This document shows positions 36,699 through 48,584 of a stretch of DNA of 64,000 nucleotides, piece after piece. The notes beneath the pieces were generated by a model. The model saw only the letters and a list, made by a program, of their open reading frames with translations. It was not told the origin of the DNA and ran no database searches. How positions within the stretch are numbered: the first letter of the stretch is position 1; each line of letters begins with the position of its first letter. The translations under genes and the position numbers were made by a program. The DNA comes from Amphiscolops sp. MND2022 (Eukaryota): contig OZ076410.1 in NCBI GenBank assembly GCA_964187785.1, forward strand, positions 33,294,001 to 33,358,000, read 5' to 3'.

Positions 36699-39314
36699 CC
36701 CTAACAAAATGGGAAAATTATAAGGACCGTTTCTGAAGTATCTGTAAACCCTGTTTGCAGTTTCAAATCGTGTCCGAAAAACCTTTTCCACTGGTTATCC
36801 AGTGAGTTTTGATCTTACTCTAGTGATTTTTTGGGTGATTTTAGATCTTTTTCTGGTGTTTTTCCAGTCATTTTAGATCTTATTCCGGTGTTTTTTTTGG
36901 TGATTTTAGATCTTATTCCAGTGGCACTTCGTTTCTCCAACTTTTGCCAGGAATGAGTTGAGCAGGGACTCCGTAAAAATAATGGCATTTTATGGACGTA
37001 AACCCATTAATATTTTCCATAATTCTTCGCAAAAAAGAAAGTATTTCCCTATCTTTTTGAAAAAAAAACAAATAATGGAATAATGGTAAATTTTCTAAAA
37101 CAATTTGAATAGCAAAATTCAAATTACATTATGCAGGAAATCCATTCGGCATCCCAGATTTTTTCATTATTGATAAGAACAGTTCATCTTCGTGGTGCAT
37201 TGGTGTGATAATGTGTCTTGAGTGTGTTTTTTGCTCGACAAATGAGAAATTTTGATCACCCCTCTTGTTTGTTTTCCACTTCTGTTGGCGCCAAAATTTT
37301 CTTAAATTATTTCAAGTATGTGAAATAAATTATTTCCCTAAACTCTATCTGAAAATAAATAATTTTCATTTTCGTGATGAAAAATAAATAGTTCATGGCC
37401 TTTATTTCCATAAAAATAATTTGGTGTAATAATCCCTGGTGTCGGTGAGCCGCTAAGCCTTGATGTCTTTTTTAAAGCCCTGAGTCCTGTTTCAAGCTTG
37501 CTTGCAGTTGTTTTCCAACCCAGTATGTGCAGTTGGGATGTTTGAAATACAGTGAAAGAGAAGAATTTTTCTGTTAACACTCTATTTTGTGACTCATCAT
37601 TGGAACCCGATACTGCATCAATATAAACCGAATGCTTTACAGTTGGAAGCCTCACAATCAATTCACTGTACTAATTGTGACTGAACAGGTACGTCTCGCT
37701 GCTCCTAATTTATTTGCTTCTAATCGAAAATTCTAGTTACTTCTAATTAAATCTCTTCAGTTATTAGTTGCTTCTAATTTATCTACATATAAGCTAGTTG
37801 CTTCTAAGTTATCTGCATGTAAGCTGGTAGCTTCTAATTTATCAACATGTTACGATAACAAATTACGGTAACGTAGTCCTCTCTATTATTGAACATGCTT
37901 GAACTTTTTACATGTACTTTAGTGTTGCTAGCAACTTTTATTTTGATAACCTAAATATCTTACGGAAACTTTAATGCGTTAATATTTCCCTGTTGTCACC
38001 AACTTTTATCAAGCTGCTTTAAAGAATCACCAAAGATTTTGGCGGCAATTTCAAGCCGTGAAGTTCTGCAAGTTTCAATATGCATCAGTTCTAATTTTAA
38101 ATGCAGCTGAGACCTCAACACTTTGACCGCCATTTTGATGCAAATTAACTTCATTCACAATGTAAACAGCAAACTAGCGTCATCTTCAGAATCATATTTG
38201 AGACGCGGTGATTAAATCAGATGAGTATTTGAGAAATCAATGTATGAATACAACGTAATCGTGTCCGTGAAAGGAGGGGAACACTTTTTCAAATTTAATT
38301 GCAGTAATGGAAAATGCAGTGTAATTCTACAAGATTTACCACCGGAACCTTACTGAATCTTCTAGGTTTTATAGAAAATTACTCTGCATGCAGGGCTGCA
38401 GCATTTAAAAAGTTCCAGCAGTCTCAACTAGGGCTATGTTCACATACTCCTAGTGCCCTAAATGCAGGAGAGAAGCCGCCTCAATGTTGCTACTTGGCGA
38501 AGGGAGCGAAGCGACCGAGCCATACAACAAATATGCTAACCTCTTCAACTGAAAATATTAGCTGATTTGGAATTTTTTAGGAGCAACTAGTTTTAGAAGC
38601 AGCTAGATTTAGATAAGCAAATAAATTAGGAGCAACTGGACAGGCACGACTGAACATTGCAAATTTGAAACTATATGGGTGAATATTTGCAAGAGTGCGT
38701 TGAATAAATAACAAATTCAGAATAGCCAGAATATGTAACGGCGCCCACTGGTGCAGCAAAATCAGCCAATTTTGCAACTTTGACATGTTCAGAAATGTTG
38801 CCAAAATTTCTAATTCGATGTGTGACGTGGCACTGAGTATGGGATTGCTCTTTTCGCTGTTTTCGCCAATTTCAATGCAAAACAAAGACGAGAGCAGATT
38901 GAGCAAGAACATATAGAGAACGACATGGCTTGAGAGCCCATATAGGCTGTGAAAACACATTAAGAGACTCTTTGTTGTTGCTAACCCCGGTTTTCATCGA
39001 TTTTCAATATTGTGCTACCCTATGTAGCGGAAATCCATAAAATGAGTCTTTTCGCCTAAAGATCCTTGTTTGGTACTTGGAGCCCCTGCGCCTCAGCTTG
39101 TAGCTGTGTGGTTTCCCATATTCATGCGTGCATTACTGTATTTTCATGGTGTTAAGCTGTATTTACTAGCTCGAGCGCTAGTTTTAGATACTATTCCAAA
39201 TTTTAGACCTTATTCCGACCCTGGAACTGGGAATTTACTTTATTCTTGGCATTGTTTTATGTGCTAGTTAAGCGGTGGTCTTTGGAGAGTCAGGAAGATG
39301 CCCGTTACTATATG

Positions 39315-41704
39315 TGTCACGACCCGCTCCCGGTCGTAATTTTACTTGCTGCTCTGGAATACCGGGATTCGGCAGAGGACATGGACAAGGACAGAGTAAA
39401 TACCTTTAAACTTTGTTAAACTAATCAAATCAAAATTCTACTTACAGTACAGTTAAATAAGCGCGAATAATTTTCCAAATACGGAATTCAACGTAAACGT
39501 TACGAAAGATTTTCAGAAATGATTTTAAACTAGCTAAAACTTCCGGTCTAATGTTATCACACGCAACACCGTTTTATTTCCGGTTTTATCTTCTGAGTTT
39601 TCCATTCCAATCTAAATACTAAATAATTTTGCAAATGGGATCATTTTGGCGCTCCACACTAAAATGAAAACATAGAAACGACATATAACTCCGAGATCCC
39701 AACGAAGTCCATAAGATCTAAAGTGTCAGAACATACAAAAATAGAGTGGAAATGTATTCCAATATTAAAGTAGTTGTGAAATATCCACTTAAAACCGCAG
39801 TCAAGTGATTTTAAGTAAATGTTTACAACGTTATGACAGCGTCACTCAACTAGGCTAGTGACGGGCGTTTATATTTTCACGGACCAATAGCGTCGCTTGC
39901 CGGCGGAATTATCCGAGCCGGTACCAGTAGAATTAAGCTTGGTTGCCGCTAGCAACGCTTACTAGCTAAGAAAGAGAATGGAATCGCCTACGCTCTCCGT
40001 TTTCACTCCGCTTGCTGCTGCTGCTCAGCTATAAGCAACCTTAATACGTACGGAGCACCTTCGGAGCAGGTTGTAAAATTGTATTCCGTTGTTCAGCTAT
40101 AGATAATCTTAATACGTAGCACCTACGGAGCGAATTGTAAAATCGCAAATGAGAAATACTATTTCAAACGAAATCCAAACGAAGCTTTTAAATCGACGCA
40201 TTTGAAAGATTTAAGAGTTATGGTTCTTATATAAGGAAAACTGTACTGCAAGGAAGGATGATAGGAATTGCAATGGTATTTTTGTGTTCTGGATTTGTAT
40301 CGTCATGGTAAATCACTAAATCGCGTTGACATTATGTTTTGCTTAGTACTTCCTTAATGGAACAAATCTACTTGGTTGACTATGGCACTTAAAATATCTT
40401 AATATTAATCCTAATGCAAGACGTAAGGTCAACGCTAATTCCTTGTTTTCAAGTCAGTAATAACAGTTGTATTTTATGATTAGAACAATCAGGCTAATGA
40501 CCAAACTTTGTTTATGTTTTGATGAATTTCATGGGTATTGTGTAAAATGTTGAAGTTGCTTTCCACTTATTATTATTACGAATATGTTGCGCTCATCTTT
40601 GTTGTATTCCGTTAAAGTCCCGTTTGGACTTAATTTGTGTTCAGTATAAATGATGTAGTATGCCATTAGCAGGTAATTCATGTGTTTGAATTTCGATTAT
40701 CGTTTCAGCATCGTTTGTTCCTTTTTACCAAACTTCCATATTTTCCTTCAGCTTCTAAGTTGACTCATTCCGTCTCGATTTCGTCGCCATTTTTGAGCGT
40801 CATTCTTTTGCTTCGAACTTCAATCTTCCCAACTTGATTGCTGACTAATTGATCACGCCGGCGTGCCTACGCTGATGAAAATGTCAGGTAGACTTCTATT
40901 TTGCCGCAATTTTGAAGCACAAACAGGAAATGGACCGCCTGAACAAAAATGACTTGAACAAAATTTTACGGAACGCTGACGCAACTAGGAATTTTGATGT
41001 CTGATTTTATGACGCGGGACTGAAATAATATGAATCACTAGCGCTTTTTGTTGAACAAACTCGATTTTTGTGATACTTAGGAATTTTTAGGTGAGGAACA
41101 AATGATGCTGGGAAGGTATAAATATGTAATACATACATGTAAATCAGTTGGTTTTTTAACTTGCTTTGTAACAATCAGTTTGCTCCGTTATCATAACGAA
41201 AACAAATCTTTGAAGAATTCAACCTTTCCAAAGATACTCTCTCTCTCTTTCTCTCGATCAAAATGACAACTAGAAGCAGAAAAGGAAAGCTGTAGCGGAA
41301 TTGGTCTCTGGTGATTTCGAAACCTCTGTATCCGAAAACTTTCCGCCTGAAACCCTTGTAGCTAGTTCTAGCAAGATTCCTAGGATAGAACCAGAAAGTT
41401 TGACTGAAATAAAAACGTCATTAAGAAAGGAGATTATGTCAGACTTGACCAAAATACTCGCGGAAAATCAAAAGGAATTGCTTAAACTGATAGCGCCTTC
41501 AAGGTCTTGAGCATTGATGAGTCTTGAGCATTGATGAGGACATTTTGTTTCTTGTTTAAAGTTTAAACAAGAAACAAAATGTCCTCATCAATGCTCAAGA
41601 CTCTGACTCTGAAACAGAGAACGTTTCCGTAGCAAGGACCTCTACCCCCGTCAAAACTCATAATACGACTAACTCTAAAACAACACCGGCAAATAGTCGT
41701 AACA
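39315..41704 (+). mobile_element. Element D: 2390-bp solo LTR of a Ty3/Gypsy family
   Basis: TGTCACGAC...GTCGTAACA termini; perfect 5-bp TSD ATATG (39310-39314, 41705-41709); ORF1-leader-like frame MTTRSRKRKAV... from 41263 to the LTR end. Confidence 0.85.
41519..41603. repeat. Perfect 42-bp-arm palindrome with 1-nt loop, plus adjacent 17-bp tandem duplication, interrupting the LTR-borne ORF
   Basis: gagtcttgagcattgatgaggacattttgtttcttgtttaaa-g-tttaaacaagaaacaaaatgtcctcatcaatgctcaagactc. Confidence 0.9.
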
Positions 41705-43950
41705 ATATGCAATCAAAGACCAGGACCGGTTGGACAGTATTCATCGAAACACCCACGGCGCCGGGACGTATTTCACCCCTGGAGGCTAAATGAATCTGTA
41801 GCGATGGATTTACCCATTTCCTCAGGTTCCTCCACCTCTGTTGATGCGTTAAGCGACCGATAACTGCTTTCCGTTACAATCCCTCCTAAAATTAGGTTTA
41901 GTCATAGATCCAACTTTCTGATACCCAACCTTGACTTGGACTCTTCGAAATTTATCAAGGGACGTTTTCTTTCGCAATATTTTTGACTCCACATTTTCAT
42001 TTATCAAAACTTTTTTGGAGTTTTGTTGTTTTTCCTTTCTTTTCGCTTAAATATAAGCTTTCTGTTTCATTTCGAACTGTGAAATAGTTCAATTTAGCTA
42101 GAAAAAGTGGAAGACAACCGATTTGGTCATGACACCGTGATGCAATACCGAGTTACAGTAAATTAATATAACCATATAGACCCCATAGTGATGTACTTAC
42201 TGTACGGGTGTTGAAACATTCTCAAATTTGCATGACACTCAGCTTGCATAACGTTAGTCTGAAGAGTTACCAAATAAAATCAAACTGGATATCATTTTAC
42301 ACGAGAATATTGAAGACTAGAGTAGCTCAACCTGTTACATGTCAAAATCTCCCAAATAAAATGGAATCAAAAAAAATTAACTCCGCTTTCCTCATTCCGG
42401 GGGGGATGCGCGCACTTCCCTTCGTCAAACTCAGCTGCTGGACCAGTAGTGGCAGGTCGCTTCGTTTCGTTTCACTTCTCTTCGCTTCGCCCCTGCATTT
42501 GAAGCATAATCGGTATATGAAGCACATTTTCATCTTTAGAGATTTTGACTTAGGAAATTTTGACATATACCCGCCCAACTATTTAGTGTTGACATAGTTC
42601 GAATAGAATTCTTCAACCATGAGTCTGTGTTTATCAGCAAGATGAATGTTGCTTTTAAAATGTATATTTTTGCTACGAAAACAACAAAAATGACTGAGCA
42701 GATGCCACCAAACATATTTCATAAAATTTGAACTTTATTGACAGGGAAGTTAATTCCACCGAAACCATAAGTATATATACTTCTTGTTTATAGTTCTATT
42801 CATGAACTATTGTTTTATAAATACATGTAAAGAATGCAGTGAATTTGATAATTCTTAGTAAAACCTTTCTTATGTGGTTGTGTATTTTTAAGCGTTTGGG
42901 AGCCTCGGCAGGGTCCTTTAGGGCGAGCCTGTAAATTCGAATTCATCCCACCTAAAAATCTTGAAAAATAGTCGCGATCTCGAAAACTGTCCGTTAGATT
43001 TCCCTGGAATTTGCATGCAGCTCTAAATTCAGATTCTAAGAACTGCTGACGTTTTGCTGGCAAAATTCAAATTGTTGGTCAAAAAAGATATTTTTGGTAC
43101 CGAAACTGACGTTTTTTTCACATTTTTCAAAATTGAGAGCCGATATCTCGTTTCCAAGTGGCTGGAGCTGTTCGCACATGAACGTCAGTTTTGTTAAGCG
43201 GTTGGTGAGGAATTCGTACGGTGGTTTTTGTGCAAAATTTACTAAAGTACACCACTAGGGGGTAACCCCTACCCAAACTTCTGCCGAACAAGACCATTTG
43301 GCCTTTTTTGACCAGGTTCCAGCGTTCTAGTATTACCTTGCCAAAAGTTGTGGGACTTTGAAGTTTTTCAAAAAAACTTCATTTTTCCTTGAAATTTATT
43401 TTTTAATTTCAGGCCTCCCAAAGTCAGGAAAAGTCCTCTTTACTAGGATTGCAAGTGAATTCATGCGGAAAGCCCTTGTTCGGAGGAGGAAAATGCCGTT
43501 CAAAGTGCGTTTCTATCTTAACTTGATGTTACCTTACGATGTTTCAAACGTGAGCCTGGTAAGGTGTCGAGATGTCAAGAAACATACATGGGTTTTGACT
43601 TTGAATGTAATATCATCAGAACTCGTGCAATTAACCTCGAAACATCTTTGATTCGGATTTGGTACTGTAGCAACACCATTCAAAGACTTTACACATTTGA
43701 AAATTGTTCATTAAAATCTTACTTCCTCTGAATTGTTATCCAAATACTTGAAACTTTGCAGTACAATCCATCTTCCTTCAAGGGGAGATGGGACTGGACT
43801 CGCTGAAGGCCAGGTACTACGGCACCAAATTGGTTTTATGCGACGCTTTGTTTGCTATTGCGCTCTGCGACAACTAATGTTCAGACTTTTTCTTTGCACT
43901 CTGCTTCACGACAAATGATATACAATACGCCCGTAACATCACCAATCATC

Positions 43951-44695
43951 TATAACAGCCTTTTCTTATAGTATGAAATTATCTTCTTCGTATGGGTTCG
44001 CTGACTGTTATGATAATTTGGAGTTCAGTAATTTAAAATTACTAAGGCTTTAGGACTACCGTAAGAGAGAAATCTTGAGTGAAAGAGAAAAAGTTTTTTT
44101 TGCTTTTTGGGGAAGAATTTAAATTAAAATGAAATCAGAGTTAAGAGATGAAACAAAGTTTTAAATACTTTTACAAGTTTACAAACTAACATATTGGGTG
44201 GACTATGGGTGGCTGAGTTGGAGTTCTGAATTTGTTTCTTCTTCAGTTGATGGTTGTTGTCTTCTGGTTTGTAGCTTCTCCAATTGTTGAATGATTAGAT
44301 ATCGATTTTTATTTTTGTTAAACAAGATTAATAAACGGCATGAACACGATAAAACGGGTTCGAAAGAACAAGATTAAGCTCGCAGAACTCAAAATCTGCA
44401 AATCTGCAATTAATTACACTAGGCTCTGGATAAGTCCAGATAATTGAACAAAAACGTAATTAAATGGGGATCGGAGTAATTGGACAAGATTTAAATGCGG
44501 GGTGTACAAAATACTGTATAAAACACGTTGTAGATCTATCTGTGTAATTATGTGACTGGTTTTGTACTGATAAGCAAATTTGTATGTAACTTAGAAACAT
44601 GAAATGTTTTAAGTGCTTTCTTGTTTTGTTTTGTTGCTCTGGCTTTTGTTTACTAGGGGCCGTCTTTGTTTTCGTGTTACCGCTTGCTTGTCACA
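43951..44695 (-). repeat. 3' LTR of element E (TGTGACA...TGTTATA)
   Basis: Direct repeat of 55680-56425. Confidence 0.95.
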
Positions 44696-44728
44696 CCACT
44701 TCCTTCTTTCTGAAATTGCGTCTCGCAA

Positions 44729-45718
44729 TTATAGATCCATGAACTCGTGAAGATTTCGTAGAAACGGGTCGCAACGGCGACATGTCCGTAGACCAATTTC
44801 GTTTCGTTGTATTCCAGGAAGGCCACAACAAGCATAGACTTCCTTTAACGTGGGATCGAGGAAGATCCGTTTAGCTTCCTTGACAAACGGTATGTATTTG
44901 CTGGCCGTGGTTGTGGCAGCTTTCTTTTTGTCGGGATGTAGTGTATGTACCAGCACGCGGTAGTTTTCCTGGATAATCTCGGCATAAGACGATGGGTTGC
45001 AACCGAGCAGATTGAACAACAAATTATCAGGGGCATCTTCAGGCTCAGGTTGTAATGGTAGTTTTGTAATATGGTGAGCAAGCATCCTTTGTAGAACGGG
45101 GACTTGGCATTGGAAGGCAGCTAAATTCCGGAGCGTGCTGAGTTCTTCAGTGAGCTCTAAAGTCCGTTGCAATAAGGACTCATTCTCCGCTGTAAGGGCG
45201 GACAGGCGTTTTTGGAGTGCTTCGTTAGCTGCCTCTAGCTCTTTGGTAGTCTCCAGTTGCTCACAAAGGACGTCCATGGTCAACGAAGTTTCGCGACGAG
45301 CATCCTCAAATGCTTGATTCAAAGTAGTAACATCATCGAAGCGTTTTGTTAGGAACGCTGCATACTCGTCAGTGTCGACGCAGCATTGAGTACCGGGGTC
45401 AGCGGAATCCGGCCAAACACGGGGAGGGGTTGGCTCACAGAGGCAGCTTGGGGTCGGCTCGTCAACCATGAGACAAGCATCTTGGCTTGCTGGAGGTAAC
45501 ACGCAAATGGCTGTTGATGGGCGCATGAAGCTGCGCTGGTTAGGAGTAGCGTCCACTCGTCGTAGGACAACAGTCCCACTGTGGGGATTAACACGTAGGA
45601 CAGTGTATTCACGTTCGTCCAGAATCTGCACGGTGTCGCCAGGACTGATGAAGGCGATTTCCCAGAACAGGTGTATAGATTTGCTCCTGCACGGCGCTTG
45701 GCGGGGAACCTTTAACAT
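44729..45718 (-). CDS. Intact 329-aa accessory ORF: N-terminal beta-barrel-like segment, coiled coil, C-terminal DnaJ/J-domain with HPD (~45029-44821), CxxC tail
   Basis: LFNLLGCNPSSYAEIIQENYRVLVHTLHPDKKKAATTTASKYIPFVKEAKRIFLDPTLKEVYACCG follows the four-helix J-domain pattern. Confidence 0.8.
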   Translation of the reverse strand: MLKVPRQAPCRSKSIHLFWEIAFISPGDTVQILDEREYTVLRVNPHSGTVVLRRVDATPNQRSFMRPSTAICVLPPASQDACLMVDEPTPSCLCEPTPPRVWPDSADPGTQCCVDTDEYAAFLTKRFDDVTTLNQAFEDARRETSLTMDVLCEQLETTKELEAANEALQKRLSALTAENESLLQRTLELTEELSTLRNLAAFQCQVPVLQRMLAHHITKLPLQPEPEDAPDNLLFNLLGCNPSSYAEIIQENYRVLVHTLHPDKKKAATTTASKYIPFVKEAKRIFLDPTLKEVYACCGLPGIQRNEIGLRTCRRCDPFLRNLHEFMDL

Positions 45719-45905
45719 TACAAAAGATTAAAAGAGACCGATTAGGGTTTTATGTGACAATTTAAAGTGTAAAAAGGGGGGGTTTTGACGACTGTATGAT
45801 GGAAACTGAGATCTTGAGCTACAGAATAATTAAAGCTTTATTTGCGAGAGACAATTCACGGTTTTATTTTGTAGACTGGACACATAGGTATGGACAAGAA
45901 TTAGG

Positions 45906-46098
45906 GCACGGACACGTGCATTGACTAGGCACAACACGGAAACGTGTGGAGAGGGCACGGAAACGTGCAAGGTGAGGACTACACGGAAACGTGTATGTTA
46001 GATAACACATTTTTTTTGGGCACGGAGACGTGCAGAAAAGGGGCAGAGATAAGTCTGCGTTAGTGTCCATCCAAATAAAACGGGGCACGGATACGTGC
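45906..46098. repeat. Six copies of (G/A)CACG-GANA-CGTG(C/T) dyad between env and the J-domain ORF
   Basis: Copies at 45906, 45934, 45955, 45980, 46020, 46085; outer pair is G-C in four and A-T in two. Confidence 0.85.
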
Positions 46099-46110
46099 AC
46101 AAGGTGGTGA

Positions 46111-48584
46111 CTATGAGTCACGGCTAAAAGTCACCATATTAGGATAGTTATTTGTATTAATACTTTTATATATACATATATAGAGAGAGGGTGTCGAGGC
46201 ATTTAAAGGGTTGTAGCTATGTCGTCGTCTCGGAGTAGTGAGGAGCAGTAACATCTGGATAAATTCGTGGAGGAATAATTGGTGGAACTGTATCGGAGGA
46301 ACTGAGTCACGCGTCATTTGTAAGGTTTCCTTAGCCAGGCCTTGTAGGGCAAGAAATTCGTTCTTTGTCAGATAGAGGAACGGCGCGTTATTCTCTATCA
46401 GTGAGGGGTTTTCACTGTCGTCCAAGATGTGGATGAATTGGCCTTGGGAACTTGTGAAGAAACGTTGAGGATGAAGAAACAGACGTTTCCATTGTCTGCG
46501 GAAGAGTGTGAAGCTGATAGTAAAAGTTAACAAGGAAAGTGTAATGGAAATGCCGGAAAAGAGTGCGGCTGTACGATAAGGCAAATACGATTGCAGGGCA
46601 TGTGATGTGACTGGTGATATTGACGAGTAATGATCTGCGATGGGTTTAGTTAACTCATCAATTGCGGTGTTTGTCATTCTATGGACATCAGGAAGCTCCG
46701 CAAGCTCCATCTGGACGCTGCCGATAATGGATTGGCGGGCTTCTCCAAGCGAGTAGGCATGGAAAACATTGCTAGACTGGGGAACATGCTTGAACACTTG
46801 TTCAAGTGACGGGGTAAGGGCAACAGTAGCTACAAACGGTTCTGGACGCGTTTCACAGAAGTCCATGTCAGGCGACAGTACAAGATCGCCCTGATTGAAA
46901 GAGAGCGTACTGGTACAGCTCGGGCGCATTATACAAGCTTGACACATTACAGTGGTGACTGAGATACCATGTAATCGGCTATCGTTTTTCACTTGCAAGA
47001 CCGGATCTCTTGAGATTATGTGGTACAAACCATCCGCTAAATAGAATGCCTGTGGGGCATCTGGTAGGAGTACAGATTGAACGGGACAGTTCCTCAGGCT
47101 AGGAATGTCATAGTTGTAGAGTAGGGAACTCGAAGTGTTTCGTCTGTCGTAGTAGAGAAACCCTTGCGACAGAATTTGATCCTATTATTCCCTGAGCACT
47201 GTTGTAGTGTGGAACCGTCGAGTTCCGCAAAACGGGAGTTGTCCGTAGAAACTGCCAAAAAGGGCTTTTGAAGCTGGTACAGAGATGCTGTCTTGTTGTC
47301 CCCATTCGGTTGATGCAGGGGGATCGCGTGATACACATCAAACGTGGAGGACTTGGAATTCATAGGAAATCCGAGCACTACTGAGATGCCACGAGGAATC
47401 AGTGTGACCTCTAGCACGATGTTAATTTCATAATAGATAGCTTCGTACCCTGGTTGAATAGCTGGCGATAATTTAGTACCGCGGCGGACTTCATCGTCAG
47501 AGAGTTCTTGCACGATGTCCGCAATCTCCTGTGGTAAGAGAAACTGGGGCGTAATGTGGCCACTCGCGAGAGATGAGATGGTGGAGAACAAGTTAGTCTT
47601 GTAAGCGTAGAAAGCAGCTTGGTAAGATTTGATGTGAGTGTAGAGAGAACCCATGTCTGATATGAAGTTACGAATCTCCTGAAGGAACTTTATATGGACC
47701 GTTTCTAATCTTTGGCACTTCTTGTGTGCTACTATCGTACCTTTTATGGTGTGTACCTCTTTATGTATTCTGTGTAAATGCTCATTTACTTGGTCCCTTA
47801 TTTCTTGCAGATTATTTTGTGTTGCTTTGACTTCATTACCGAGAAAGAAGAAATTTTTGTCATTCCTTGCCTGCACGCGCTGCAGAGTCAAAATGGTCTT
47901 CTGTTGGGTATCCAAGACAGCTTCGACATCTCGCGACAACTGGCTGTTATCGCTACACATGTTGAATATTGATAACGCTGTACATGCAGCGTCCTTGATC
48001 GGATCACCCAAGATTAATCCGGCGCCTGCTCCAATAGCTGCAACAGCGCCAACAAACCGTTTCTTTCGGGGAGCAGAAACTTCTTCTGTCCTATAAATCT
48101 GTGGCAAGAATGACTTCGTTATCTCGGAGAGGCCATTTTGGTCCTTGACCGATGCTCTCATCTCCTTTTTTACCAGATTGGCTCTTTCTTCCAACTGCTG
48201 GACCACTAGACTGTGGGTTTCGTTTATCTTCTCCCAATAACAGCTTGTCTGGGCGTACATACCGCCGACTGCTATCGTTTGTACTTTAACTAGAGCCAAC
48301 AGGCGTTCGACCTCAGTAAGGTTCACTTCCGGTAATTTCGGAAACGGGGAAAACACACAAACTTTGCTCTCACTCTCGGAGGTGACAGCTTGGTACTTGA
48401 ACAGGAACGCTGCGCCTTTCTTGATTACAGGGACTTCAGGATTGTCATTGAGGAGGGTAGAGTAATGCGTAATGGCGACGCAAACTTGAGAAGTGAACAA
48501 CCAGCAAAGGAGGGTGAACACTTTGTCGTTTGGAAAATGTCGCCTGAAAGTAAGAGATATGCGTGAAGGTTTGTATGTGTCCAA
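46111..48584 (-). pseudogene. env: env-like class I fusion glycoprotein (signal region, furin site, fusion peptide, heptad repeat, TM), frameshifted at ~47135 and probably ~46295
   Basis: VFTLLCWLFTSQVCVA; APRKKR|FVGAVAAIGAGAGLILG; heptads QLSRDVEAVLDTQQKTILTLQ; LASGHITPQFLLPQEI; TM TAALFSGISITLSLLTFTISFTLF. Confidence 0.85.

Noticed and set aside
37698-38640. Fold-back element bounded by gctcctaatttatttgctt inverted repeats with internal ~29-bp degenerate tandem units
   Set aside because: A real inverted match of ~19 bp exists, but ends and TSD could not be defined
40560-40790. Antisense ORF remnant inside solo LTR D
   Set aside because: Multiple stops and no recognisable motif
43733-43950. 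Gene interrupted by element E (joined to 56430 onward)
   Set aside because: Rejoining across the TSD gives no long or recognisable frame on either strand
44729-45718. Host DnaJ gene
   Set aside because: Intronless, inside TSD-bounded LTRs, and lacking the usual DnaJ domain order
45906-46098. CRISPR-like repeat-spacer array
   Set aside because: Repeats are only 14 bp with irregular 7-50 bp gaps, there are no cas genes, and the context is eukaryotic
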